From Malacoraja senta (Eukaryota): a stretch of DNA of 64,000 bases. Below the pieces are notes generated by a model. The model saw only the letters and a program-made list of their open reading frames with translations, searched no databases and had not been told where the DNA came from. The position numbers and the translations under genes were made by a program. The DNA is taken from NCBI GenBank assembly GCA_038087875.1, contig CM075995.1:4466001-4530000 (forward strand), given 5' to 3'. This document shows, piece after piece, positions 49,001-61,000 of this stretch (within the stretch, counting starts at the first letter, position 1; every line of letters starts with the position of its first letter).

Positions 49001-49801
49001 CAGAGTCGGGAAATCGAGAAGGTGAGAGGAGGGAAAGATGTAATAGGAACCTGAGGGGTGACTTTTTCCACAAAGTGTGGTGGGTGTATGGAACGAGCTG
49101 CCAGAGGAGGTAGTTGAGGCAGGTATATCGCAACATTTAAGAAACATTTAGACAGGTACATGGATAGGACAGGTTTGGAGGGTTATGGGCCAAATGCAGG
49201 CAGGAGAGACTATCAAAATCATGATCAGACACATTCTCCCTGAAAATGTAAGTGATGCAGATTCTTTTACAGGATTGTAAGGAAAGAGTGGGCAAGTGTA
49301 ACTAGTTTCTTTGCTCTCAAAACACCACATGACAAATGGCTTCTAGACAATCTACTAGTATAGATGGGACATGTTGGCAAATTGGGCTGAAGGGTCTATT
49401 TCCATGCTGTGGGACTATGATTCTAATTACCAGCATGTTTAGTAGATCTGATGGGTTAACTGAAGGTTTTGATTTGTATGACTGAAATCCTGAGCTAAAA
49501 GCAGTGACAGTGTAGGATTTAATAGAAATTAGTTTCTCAAACATTTTTTTTCTCTCTGCGTTTCAAAGATTTTCATTGTTCTGCTTGTCTTCCAGGTTAT
49601 TTTTACTCTGGGGACATTGCTCAGATTTGGAGAGTGGCTGAACAGCTGGAAGTTGGCATGGTCGGAATTAATGAAGGGCTGTTGTCCACCCCTGAGGCAC
49701 CATTTGGTGGAGTTAAACAATCTGGACTTGGGAGAGAAGGCTCCAAATATGGGGTTGATGATTTCTTGGAAATCAAGTATGTGTGTTTTGGTGGTTTATA
49801 A
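18754..49801 (+). CDS. ALDH5A1: Succinate-semialdehyde dehydrogenase, mitochondrial; complete 10-exon CDS, 514 aa
   Basis: Exons of 291, 84, 171, 117, 144, 144, 159, 170, 59 and 206 nt join in frame (1545 nt) with GT-AG junctions. Motifs include an Arg-rich mitochondrial presequence, TPWNFP, FTGST, MELGG (catalytic Glu), GQTCVC (catalytic Cys and redox-switch Cys), [24 protein letters not shown] and the C-terminal GGL. Confidence 0.97.
22607..22690 (+). CDS. ALDH5A1: ALDH5A1 exon 2
   Basis: tttcag|[28 protein letters not shown]|gtgagt; 84 nt. Confidence 0.96.
23530..24640 (-). mobile_element. Cluster of three or more CR1-clade LINE 3' ends; another at 25075-25555
   Basis: Repeated TRGHSLRI / VVNLWNSL translations and shared 3' UTRs. 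Confidence 0.85.
26150..26500 (+). mobile_element. Tx1-like LINE 3' end
   Basis: [22 protein letters not shown] resembles Tx1-clade ORF2 C-termini; AATAAA at about 26476. Confidence 0.5.
26962..27132 (+). CDS. ALDH5A1: ALDH5A1 exon 3
   Basis: ttcag|[33 protein letters not shown]...[12 protein letters not shown]|gtaagt; 171 nt. Confidence 0.96.
28766..28882 (+). CDS. ALDH5A1: ALDH5A1 exon 4
   Basis: cacag|[39 protein letters not shown]|gtgagc; 117 nt. Confidence 0.96.
29645..30120 (+). mobile_element. Penelope-like retroelement ORF fragment; a longer copy lies at about 53770-54920(-)
   Basis: [33 protein letters not shown] is typical of the PLE RT thumb/linker region upstream of the GIY-YIG domain. 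Confidence 0.75.
30794..30937 (+). CDS. ALDH5A1: ALDH5A1 exon 5
   Basis: ttgcag|[15 protein letters not shown]...[11 protein letters not shown]|gtgagt; 144 nt. Confidence 0.96.
31007..32314 (+). mobile_element. Non-autonomous Helitron-like element with a duplicated 5' end and internal minisatellites
   Basis: Begins A|TCTATATTACTAAAAGTCT and ends CTAG|T with no TSD. A second 5' unit starts at about 31617. Confidence 0.7.
31407..31617 (+). repeat. Tandem minisatellites: 4 x 31 bp (AAAGCTGTGTTGCCTTTGGTTTGGAAATGCT), then about 4.5 x 19 bp (AAAGTTGCCTTGCCTAATT)
   Basis: Units read directly; no spacers. Confidence 0.95.
33068..39369 (+). mobile_element. Near full-length decayed L1 LINE in ALDH5A1 intron 5; ORF1 about 33312-34262, ORF2 about 35065-39110
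   Basis: ORF1 coiled coil with [11 protein letters not shown] and the C-terminal ISIFRDY...YPATLRV. ORF2 has the APE endonuclease (SWNVKG, SRIDYF, SDH) and RT ([22 protein letters not shown]), followed by AATAAA and an A-rich tail. Multiple stops and frameshifts. Confidence 0.93.
38133..38420 (-). mobile_element. 5'-truncated L1 3' UTR inserted antisense into the L1 ORF2
   Basis: 17-bp TSD GAGATCCAGAAACTCTT (38116-38132 and 38421-38437); shares AGTAAATTATTCCATTCTTCTTTAT with the host L1 3' UTR. Confidence 0.85.
40265..41542 (+). mobile_element. Rex1/Babar-like LINE, RT and C-terminus
   Basis: [28 protein letters not shown] and [11 protein letters not shown] motifs; AATAAA and a (TTAC)n tail. 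Confidence 0.88.
42083..42226 (+). CDS. ALDH5A1: ALDH5A1 exon 6
   Basis: tttcag|[48 protein letters not shown]|gtgagc; 144 nt. Confidence 0.96.
43776..43934 (+). CDS. ALDH5A1: ALDH5A1 exon 7 (catalytic Cys)
   Basis: tgtag|[19 protein letters not shown]...[12 protein letters not shown]|gtaact; 159 nt. Confidence 0.96.
43959..44377 (+). mobile_element. LINE 3' end (L2/Crack/Daphne-like) inserted next to the ALDH5A1 exon 7 donor
   Basis: [18 protein letters not shown]...FYKM...[14 protein letters not shown]; (CCAAGAA)n tail; flanking duplication TCAT(A/T)ACATGCTTTCAAAT. Confidence 0.8.
45114..45399. mobile_element. Harbinger-type MITE
   Basis: TIRs GGGCCTGTCCCACTGTACG / CGTACAGTGGGACAGGCCC with a TAA TSD on both sides. 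Confidence 0.88.
45430..45599 (+). CDS. ALDH5A1: ALDH5A1 exon 8
   Basis: tttcag|[13 protein letters not shown]...FFEPTLL...[11 protein letters not shown](K)|gtaaga; 170 nt. Confidence 0.96.
48768..48826 (+). CDS. ALDH5A1: ALDH5A1 exon 9
   Basis: ctgcag|[19 protein letters not shown]|gtgagt; 59 nt. Confidence 0.95.
49596..49801 (+). CDS. ALDH5A1: ALDH5A1 exon 10, coding part
   Basis: ttccag|(G)[27 protein letters not shown]...[22 protein letters not shown] then TAA. Confidence 0.96.
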
Positions 49802-51826
49802 AGTTAAGCATTTGGAGAAATGTGAATGGCGTTAATTTACTCAAACCTTACTACAGAAAATCCATCCATTGTTTGTAACACACTAGATTTATCAATAACA
49901 TGGCACTTTAGATTTTTAGATCATGTGGATGATTTGTGGGGGAAACTTTTGCATCTTAAATGTTTGTAATGTTTGAGTCGTTTAGTAACACCACTGTAAT
50001 TTATAATAATTGGTTAAATTAGCCATTAACTATTTGTATTGTTTAAGACCCAGTTCTGACATCTGTTCACTTTTACAAAAAAATGTGCAATGTGCTATAA
50101 TGCTTCTTATTTGTACATTGAATTCAAAATTCATAGCTGCCAAATAGCTAAATGTTTTAAAAGAATGGTCATTGTTACTTTATTGTTAAGTTAAATTAAC
50201 TGCAAATTAACTTTCTTATGAAAACTCATTGACCTTATTAAATTATGGTTGTATTTAAAACATTGAAGGGATTTTTGTCACTTGGCTGTGCTGTTTTAAA
50301 ATTTAATGTAAATAGCGTACTTTGTGCAAACATAAATCTGATTTTAGAACAGTAACTTTCTAGGGACATGATAAACGCTGGAATGCAGATCTCACAGTCT
50401 AGAAAGGTGGCCCACTACTGGATTAAACATAAAACAGGAGAGTAAAGGATAAAGAAACACCACTTTCTTGGCTGTGTTTGTTTCAGCAACTCGATGTATT
50501 GTGTCTGGCCATGATTTGGCAATAGGTGCTTTGTATTGATTTCGAGTTATTCCACAAATTGATGACTTTACAATGGAAAAACTCTTAAGAGCTAAATTCA
50601 CAGTGCAACTTTTCTGTCATATCAATCTTTCCCTAAAGTGGCAAACGTTAAAGGGTCTGAAGAAGGGTCTCGACCCAAAACATCACCTCTTCCTTTTCTC
50701 CAGAAATGACCCGCTGCTTTACTCCAGAATGTTGTGTCCATTGGAATAGTTATGTATGTAGTCCTTCCAAAGTAGCAGAAAAATATTACCATGGCACACG
50801 AGTTAAGTCTGAAGAACTTGTAAATTTATTCGCAGCTGTTTGTACAGAAGCAAAAGCAGGTTAGGTTTGAGACCAACGTGTTAATATTCACTGTAAATGA
50901 CATTATTTTCATCATCACATTACATTGAGGGTGGACATTTTTGTTCTGGAATCCTTTAATTGATGCTTACTACCATTGATCCAGGTTATCTGCTGGAAAT
51001 GAAGGACATTTTAAGCATGTTGTGCTAAATTTACCAAAGCTACAGACCTCTCCTTGGGATGGAACAGCACGGGAGCAGGCCTTTCAGCCCACAATGTCTG
51101 TGCCAAACATGATGCCAAACAAGACCCTCGATCCGAAACATCACCCATTCCTTCTATCCAGACCCCAGAGATGCTGCCTGTCCCGCTGAGTTACTCCAGC
51201 ATTTTGTGTCTATCTTTGGTTTAAACCAGCATCCGTAGTTCCTTCCTATTGCATCCCTTTTTTTTTGCAGCTGTTTCTTACTTCGCATGTGCACACGCTG
51301 CATTGACAAAAGATAGACACAAAATGCCGGAGTAACTCAGCCGGTCAGGCAGCATCTCTGGAGAAAAGGAATAGGTGACGTTTCGGGTCGAGACCTGGTC
51401 CCCTTCCCTGCCTCTTAATCCGATGAAGGGTCTCGACCCGAAACGTCAGCTATTCTTTTTCTCCAGTGATGCTGCCTGTCCCGCAGTTACTCCAGCATTT
51501 GGTGTCTATCTTCGATGTAAACCAGCATCTGCAGTTCATTCTCACACAGAATAAATAGAAGCTGCTTGGATCAAATCAACAGGAAGCTAAAATAATAGAC
51601 CCGTCATGGGGCTCTGCTGGCAAGCCCTTCTGCTGCAAGGATAGCTTCAGCAAGGAAGCACAATCTTTCCTTCAGACCTTTTCTTAGTCTCCAGGAGTAC
51701 ACCACGATTCTGCAATTTGAACAATGCTTCAAAATGTCTTTGGAATCATCCACTTGAGATTTTTTTTTAAACTTGTTTGCTCATCTGCATAAAACTTTCA
51801 CCAATAAGTCCTCTGCCTCAACAAAT

Positions 51827-52005
51827 TTATCTGTTTTTTGGATGATAATTGAAAGGGACTCCATTTTTCAGTGAGCCATTCATACCAGCTTTATAGTTCC
51901 CCTTCTCGATGGTTTCTTTGTTGAACAGTGTGTTCTGATCACTCTCAAACTCTGATTCAGATACCATTAGACTCGAATTGTGTTCTGTGCTTCTGTGTTT
52001 CACAC
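51827..52005 (-). CDS. KIAA0319: KIAA0319 last coding exon
   Basis: ctag|(G)VKHRSTEHNSSLMVSESEFESDQNTLFNKETIEKGNYKAGMNGSLKNGVPFNYHPKNR then TAA; 179 nt. Confidence 0.93.
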
Positions 52006-55000
52006 CTAGAGCAGAAAGTCAGAGCAAAGTCAATAGGCATTGTAGCTCATTTTTAGGAACTGGTGCGAACATTTGGACCAAACACATCTATCTCTCATTC
52101 TTATACATAACTCCATTCTCGCGGGGCAATGCCGAACACAGGAAACTACAAGACATCATGAATACACATTAAAACACATGAAAGCAGCTCATAACCATTG
52201 AAATATTGTCGTAGGGAGGTCACCGTTGTACTGCAGTAGCCAATTTGCATTGTTCTGCAGAAAATGTGACAGCCTGCAATATAATAATCGGTTGAGCAGC
52301 AGTAGAGTTGCCGCCTTACAGCGCCGGAGACCCGGGTTTGATCTTAATGACGGGTCCTGACAGTGTGGAGTTTGTATGTTCTCCCCGTGACCGCTTGTCT
52401 TTTCCCTGGGCACTCCGTTTCCTTACACACTCTAAAGATGTACAGGTTTGTAGGTTAATTGGCTTTGGTGCTAGTGCTAGTGTACAGGGTAGTGCTAGTG
52501 TACAGGGATCGCTGGTCGGTGTGGACTCGGTGGGCCAAAGGCCCTGTTTCTACACTATTTCTAAACTAAACTAAAACTAATAATAATTTTACGGTTTTTA
52601 GTAATATTAGTTGTAATAATATAGGCTGATGTAGGCTTGGGTTTAAATTTTTATCCAACACAATTTCCCAGCCAGTGCACCCATCATAGCTTTGGAGCAT
52701 CATTCTAAATGACATGCTCAAGTCCCTTGAATGCGACTTTGAGTTACATTGAGCCACTGCTGATACTTCAAGGCTGTCATATAGCAAGTGGCAAACAAAC
52801 TGAACGTCAATGGTCAAAGCATTTTATCATGATGCATCACAGCTTGGGTTGGGAACAGTTCCATCCAAGACCGCAAGAAATTACAGCGAACTGTGGATGC
52901 AGCCCAGACCATCACGCAAACCAACCTCCCTCCTATTGAAGATAGAAACAAAAAGCTGGAGTAACTCAGAGGGACAGGCAGCATCTCTGGCGAGAAGGAA
53001 TAGGTGACATTTCGGGTCGAAACCCTTCTTCACACTGGTTAGGGATAAGGGAAACGAGAGATATAGACGGTGATGTGGAGAGATCAAGAACAATGAATGA
53101 AAGATATGCAAAAAAAGTAACAATGATAAAGGAAACGGGCCATTGTTATCTATCTCCCCCCCACCCAAGTCACACCAGCCTCTCGTTTTCACCCAACGAA
53201 CAGCTAACAATGGCCTGTTTCCTTTATCGGTACTATTTTGCATATCTTTCATTCATTGTTCTTTATCTCTCTACATCATCGTCTATATCTCTCGTTTCCC
53301 TTTTCCCCCAACTAGTCTGAAGAAGGGTCTCGACCCAAAATGTCACCCATTCCTTCTCTCCAGAGATACTGCCTGTCCCGCTGAGTTACTCCAGTATTTA
53401 GTGTCTATGCATGTGTCCATTGTGTCCTCCACCAACAAAGCATAAACAGTGTTATAGTTAACTGGATCCCACTTCCACATTGTTCTTATTAATTAATCTT
53501 TAAACGATAACTACCAATAATCACATATCATCTGTAAAGCTCGTTGTATCTATACACTAAACCACTAACCATATTTAGGCCTCAATGCCACTCTTTCTTG
53601 ATCATCCATATCGTCCAAGATGGTGTATTTGGTTTTCTTCCTTACTTTCGTCCTCTTTCTGTTTAAAAACAACAATTCAAGTTCAGTTTATGTCCAGGAG
53701 CACGTGGACGTTAGAACAACGCGTTAGTTGTTTCTGTACGATTTCTACCAAAAGATATGCTAATTCTTTAGACGCAAGGAATTGCAGATGCTGGTTTACA
53801 ACAACAACAACAAAAACGCAAAGTGCTGGAGTAACTCAGCAGGTCAGGCAACAGGAGAACATGGATGGGTGACTTTTGGGGTCAGGATCCCTTAGACTGA
53901 TTGTGGTGGGGGGTTGGGAAGAAAGCTGGAAGAGAAGAGGGTCAAGACAAAGCCTGGCAAGTGATAGATGGATGCAGGGGGTTTTGATAGTTGGACAAAG
54001 GTCAGAAATGAAAAGACTAAAGGTGTGAGATAAGGATAGAAGAGGTGCAAGTAGGTCAAAGGGGAGAAATGGGTTCGAGTCCAGGTGGGGCTCAGGGAAA
54101 TAGGGGGGCGGGGGTCGCTTGTAGGTTACCTAAAATGACAGAATTCAATATTCATACAGTTGGGTTATAAGCTACCTATATAAAATATGAGGTGCTGTTC
54201 ATCCGGTTTGCTTGTGGCCTCACTCTGGCAATGGAGGAAACCCAGGACAGAAAGGTAAGTATTGGAAAGGGAGTTAAAATGGTTGGAAACTGGGAGATTC
54301 AGCAGGCCTTGGCAGACCAAGCGCGTGTTCAACGAAACAGTCGCTTAGTTTACACTTATTCTCGGCAATCTATAGGAGGCCACATCGTGAACACCAAATG
54401 CAGTCGAGGAGGTGCACGTGAACCTCTGTCTCACCTGGAAGGACTGTTGGAGTCCCTGGGTGGATGTGTGGAAGGCAGTAGAGGAAAGTACCAGAGGAGG
54501 GGTTGGTTTGGGTGGGAAGAGATGAGTGAAGCAAGGAGTTGCAGATAAAGCGGTCTCCGTGGAAGGCAGAAATGGGTGGGGATGGGAAGATGTGATTGGA
54601 GGTGGCAGAAGTGTTGGAGAATGAGATGTTGGATGCGGAGGCTGGTGGGGTGAGAGCCAAGGGCCAGGGGAACTCTATTCTTGTTCCATCTGGGGGGGGG
54701 GAACGGAGAGACAGAACACAACTAGGGGACACAGAGGAGACGCAGGTAAGGGATCTACTTTTGACAACGGGGTAGCTACGTTTACTAAAGAAACAAGAGA
54801 CATCGGATGTTTTAGACTGGAAACCCTCATCTGGGAGCAGAAATGCCGGAGACAGAAGAATTGAGAGTAGGTGCTAGCATCTTATCAAGAGGCAGGGTAG
54901 GAGGAGGTGTAGTCCAGGTGGGACTCAGATCAAGAAAGGGGTGAGGAGGTGTGTATTTACTCATACCTCTTGCAACAACAATTACAGATCCAGCAAATTC

Positions 55001-58000
55001 CTCCAATTATGACGATTGCTAGAAACACTGACAGAATCACGTATAAAATGTTCCACTCTGTGAACAAAATAACAAGGTTTACAACAGCATTTGAATTATA
55101 CATGTGACAATAAGCTAAACTGAACATATTCAGATGACACCACTCCCAACAATGCAGCCCCATTATTACTGCACTAGTGTGTTAGCTGAGATTCATCCTC
55201 AAATCTCTGGCGGCACAGCGCTAGAGTTGCTGCTTTACAGCGCTTGCAGTGCCGGAGACCTGGGGTTCGATCCCGACTACGGGTGCTGTCTGTACGGAGA
55301 TTGTACGTTCTCCCCGTGACCTGCGTGGGTTTTCTCCAAGATCTTCAGTTTCCTCCACACTCCAAAGGCGTCCACGTTTGTAGGTTAATGGGTTTGGTAT
55401 AAATGTAAATTGTCTCTAGTGTGTGTAGGATAGTGTTAATGTGCAGGGATCGCTGGTCAGTGCTGACCCGGTGGGCCGAAGGGCCTGTATCTCTACACTA
55501 AACTAAACTCTGGTGCTGCACGTGAACCTACATCTTACTGTTCAGAGACCACCTCGTCTCGAGGATAAATGATGTTCCTCTAGTTCTGTAGTGACTGATG
55601 AATGAGCATAGTGTGGATTTCACAGATGGGACAAATGCTTGAGAAGATAAAGGTGGCTAGTTTGTACGGAGGTGGACTTCTTTACATTGGTTTTGTATGT
55701 CACTTGGTGAATGGATTCAAGATTCACTCCAATTTAAATCAAGGGGCCTAAAGGCATTTACAGCAATGTTACCTCCAGCTGTGACTTGACAGTGCATTTA
55801 CCCAGTAATTTCCAATCTAGCGTTAGCTCATAGCTTAATTTTAGGCTGCAGAGAATGACGCTAAAAAAGGAAAGTGTTCATGCTAGCAGCATGAGCTCAC
55901 AGGGAAGATATTTAGTTTTATTACTGTTGCTAGAACAAGATGTGTGAACCAGCCCATCAGAACAATGGCCAGCCAGTGAGGATGAAAATCTACAACCCGT
56001 GTTCAGAAGCCAAAATCGAATACTTTATCTCGCTGGCTCATCATAGAAACACAGAGACATAGGTACAGGAGTAGGCCATTCGGCCCTTCGAGCCAGCACC
56101 GCCATTCAATATGATCATGGCTGATCATCCAGAATCAGTACCCCGTTCCTGCTTTCTCCCCATGCACCTTGATTCCGTTAGCACTAAGAGCTGTAACTCT
56201 CTCTTGAATACATCACACTGACTTTATTCCATCCAACACATTCTAAGCACAAAATTACTCACCGCAGTTGCTTTCTCCCTCGTACAAGTAATGCCATAAC
56301 GGATTCTCCGTCCAGAACGGGTAGCAGGCACAGCGCTTGGTGAATGGGTCACAGTGCCCATGGCCTGAGCACTGCAGGGAACAGACTGTAAAGACAGCAC
56401 ATAGCGAATAGTTTCGTTTATTGTCCCGTGGTAAAGTGAGAAGCTTTAGACGTGGTGGACAATTACACTGACCAACTATCATCAAATGTGATTTCAGAAG
56501 TTTATGCTGAAAAATTCACCAGGGTACGCAACACAAGCAGCTTAGCAATGTGCCACAACTGCCTTGGGCCCCAGGAGGGAGCGAGTGCAAGATAACCAGG
56601 GATATAGAGAATCAACTTGGAAATGGGCCCTCTGGCCCAACTTGCCCACGAAGACCAACATGCCCCATCTACACGTCCCACCTGCCCACGTCTGGCCCGT
56701 AACCCTTTAAACCTATCCTATCGATGTACCTGTCCAAATGTCTCTTAAAGGTTATGATAGTACCTGCCTGCCTTGCATTGTAGAGACTGGCCAAGTGCCT
56801 CCTGATCTCTATCAGCAAAGCCTTGTAAAAATGCCATCGGGCCATGTCTCTGAACAACACTAGTTATTGTGCTAACTGATTTCAATTTTTATTTCTTGCT
56901 ATATCACAATTTATCACTATAAACCAACCTGTGGATACGCACCATCAATTTTGGAAATGTATGTAATACAGAACAAATGCATTTGTACAGGCCATAAAAT
57001 ATTTAAAGTATGCAGGTATAATGAATACTTTAAAAAGGAGACTAAGTTATGGCATTAATTTAATATAAGTCTTTGCGATTGAAATTTGGTACAATTTCAG
57101 CCAAGAGCACCGGTTCAATGCCTTCATTGGCAGGAGGACAGGGTTATAATAATTTACACATTTTTTTACAAAGCAGCATTTCAACAATGGGCTTAACCAT
57201 CGGAATGCACCATTAAAAAATCTTAACCCGAACCTATGTACGGACACAAAATGCTGGAGCAACTCAGCGGGTCAGGCAGCATCTCCGGAGAATGGCTGAC
57301 GTTTCGGCTCAGAACCCTACTTCAGTCTGAAGGTAGACGGGACAGGGGGCATGTCCTATGTATGGGCATATGCAGGCTCACATGCATTCAGACATTCAAA
57401 TACTTATACTTAAAAAACCCACAAGATCATCAGGAAAATCCTCATCAAGGGCATATCTAAGTACAATCTGCGTTTATTAAAGCAAACTGCCAAGATCATG
57501 GCAATGCCATTCCTCAAGGAATTGTGCAAACCCTATCACTACATTCTCTGCCACAGAAGGCAGTGGAGACTAATTCACTGGATGTTTTCAAGAGAAGAGT
57601 TAGATTTAGCTCTTAGGGCTAACGAAATCAGGGGATATGGGGGGAAAAGCAGGAACGGGGTACTGATTCTGGATGATCAGCCATGATCAAATTGAATGGC
57701 GGTGCTGGTTCGAAGGGCCGAATGGCCTACTCTTGCACCCATTTTCCATGTTTCTAATATAAATTTGTCGGTGATTTGTACAAGACTTTGGACAAATCAA
57801 CACTCAAGCAAGACAACTTATTGACATTGTAACTCACCAACTGTATCTATTCTCATGGCCTTAAAAAGCAGGAAGTCCACCTTCTCCCTCATGAGCCGTT
57901 TCTGCAAACTCCCGACAACATCCGCCCCTTTATGTACACTGTCTGGCCATCTGCCCTGCACGTAGAAAGTTAACACTGTGCTGCAGGACAGAAGATACAA

Positions 58001-61000
58001 AAACCATCATTAAACAGCGGATAGACACAAAAAGCTGGAGTAACTCAGTCCAACAGGTAGCATCTCTGGAGAAGGAATGAGTGATGTTTCGGGTCGAGAA
58101 AGTCATGGGAAAGGGAAACGAGAGATATAGGCGATGTTGCGCATCCCTCCCCCAACCAAGTCGTACCAGCTTCTCTTTCTCACCCAGCAAACAGCTAACA
58201 ATGGCCTGTTTCCATTATCATCGTGGGCTGAAAGGCCTGTTCCTGTGCTGCACTGTTCTATGCAGACTCAATGGGCCGAATGGCTTAATGTTGCTCCAAT
58301 GTCTTATGTTGCGCTATGTAAATGTCTAAGTCACCTGTGGCAATTTTCTCTGCAGAGCAGGATCAATGGATGTTCCATCCAACCCATTAATGGGTTGTCA
58401 TTGGGAAGGAGATGGACCTCATACCACAATGACATAATCATAGAGCGATATAGCGTAGAAACAGGCCCTTCGGCTCAACTTGCCCACACCGGCCAACTAC
58501 ACTAGACCCACCTGCCCGCATTTGATCCATATCCCTCCAAACCTGTCCTACCCATGACTTCTCCTGTACTCTCACCACTGGGGCCCAACATCATTTGTGA
58601 AAAGTGTTTCACTTTGGCATTGTCTGCATTTTGGCAGTCAGCTACATTAATCACAATCAACCTGGGATTAGACTTCCATCCATAAACCGCTGGTATCTCC
58701 AATACAGAAAATCAGGTGCAAATATAAAAAGGCACGACTGGCCCAACTGCGGTGCCAAATACAAAGCTTATAAGTTATAGAGAATAAAAATACAATCATT
58801 GCTTGCAGCAAATAATAGTCTCTCTGCTTCATTTTGAAACAAAAATGCATTCAATAATCTAAAAAATAGACCAGCTGACAACCCACACTGCCTCAGAAAG
58901 GGAATGTACTGTATTTCCCGGCGTTGAAGAGGCTATTTTTTACACTAAAATAAGGCTAAAAAAAATTACCTGCATCTTGGAGGCCGGAGGTTAGGTTGTT
59001 CATAGGCCTATAGTTGCAGCAAGGAAGAATTTCATTGTTCCATTGCCGGGTGAGTGGGCTGGGGGCTTGGAGGCGCACTGGGGGGTTCCACGGTCAGCTG
59101 CGGGAGATCCTGGGGGGGGACGGGGGGGTGTTACACCCCCCCCCCCCCGTGTTTTGGGAAGTGGAGGACAATCCCCCCCATTTCTTGTGAAACATGTTGC
59201 AGCAAAACCGCCCGGGAGTGGCTGTAATGCCCAGGTGGACTCGCCTGCCCCGGGACTGGCTGCAGTTCCCAGGTCGCGAAAACTAATTGAAAAAAAAAAT
59301 ACGCCTGCGGGCCAGATGATTTTGGGTTATGGGCCGGATCTGGCCCGTGGGCCGTAGGTTGTCGACCCCTGTCCTAGATGTTAGGCCTCATTGTGTCCCC
59401 TCCCATGGCAAGGAAGCAGCACGTCGAAAGTCGAGGTGTTGGTGGAGTGGACTGCTGGAGGCCCCGCAGCAGCCTGGGGCTCTATTGGATCGGGCGCTGC
59501 TCCGAGGCCGAGCGCACGGATCGGATGTGGCCTGCAGCGGTACAAACAATACGCAATGCAAATGGCCGCCACCATGGCGAATGTTTTTTTTCCAAAATTT
59601 AGCAACTCAAAATGGGGGTGAGTCTTCGACGCAGGTGCATCTTTGTCACCGGGAAATACGGTACTTGATGAAATGTATTTTTAAAGCGGAGATTGGCAGA
59701 TTCTTGATAAGTCCGGGTGTCAAGGGTTATGGGGAGAAGGCAGGAGAAAGAGGTTGAGAGGGAGAGATAGATCATCCATGGTTGAATGGCGGAGTGGAAT
59801 TGATGGGCCAAATGGCCTAATTCTGCTGCTAGACCTTATGAACATGAAATAAAGTGCATCTCTTCCATGACAGATATTGTGCTCATGGTACCAGTACTCC
59901 AGTGCTAAATCACACTAGCATCTTTATAATCTGAATCCACTTTAAAAATGTTGAAAATACCATATTTCCATGATTCCATTCATTAGGGGACGATTGCAAG
60001 TATAAGAGTTAACTTTTCTGGTTAAAACTAAAATCTTTTGTTCTCCGTTCACCAAATATAATGTGGGTCACAAAGTAAAGTAGGAAGAAAACTTGGTGTC
60101 TACCTACACTTGCTTCTGTACCATTACATTATCAAGACAAATTCAATTTCCCACTAAGTTGACCATCAACCCAGGACAACGGGAACAAGTCTGAAGAGGA
60201 GTCTCGACCCGAAACGTTACCTATTCCTTTGCTCCAGAGATGCTGCCTGACCCGCTGAATTATTCTAGCATTTTGCATCTATCAACAGAAACAAATACCA
60301 GGTACACAAAAATGCTGGAGAAACTCAGCGGGTGCAGCAGCATCTATGGAGCGAAGGAAATAGGCAACGTTTTCGGGCCGAAACCCTTCTTCAGACTGAT
60401 AGGGGGTGGGGAGAAGAAAGGAAAAAAGGAAAAAAGGCGGAGGAGGAGCCCGAGGGCTGGGGGATGGGAGGAGACAACCAGAGGGCTGATGAAGGGGAGG
60501 GGACAGCAAGGGCTAGCAGAGTTGGGAGAACTCAATGTTCATGCCCCCAGGATGTAGACTGCCCAAGCGGAATATGAGGTGCATTTCCTCCAATTTCCGG
60601 TGTTGCTCGCTGTGGCCATGGAGGAGACCCAGGACAGAGAGGTTAGATACGGAATGGGAGGGGGAGTTGAAGTGCTGAGCCACCGGGAAGTCAGGTAGGT
60701 TATTGCGGACCGACCGGAGGTGTTCGGCGAAACGATCGTCAAGCCTCCGCTTGGTCTCACCGATGTAGATCAGCTGACATCTAGAGCAGCGGATGCAATA
60801 GATGAGGTTGGAGGAGATGCAGGTGAACCACTGTCGTAAACAAATACCAGCTCTGCCAGTATGCCCACACTCTGGAACTAAAGAATGAAACTTCTACCAA
60901 GTAATCGCTCGAGATGTTTTCAGAAACTTTCAGTCAACTCCCAAAGGCCTGGTTCACCGACCTGGAATCAGAATGCGCCTGGATCTTCTGGACTTTGATA

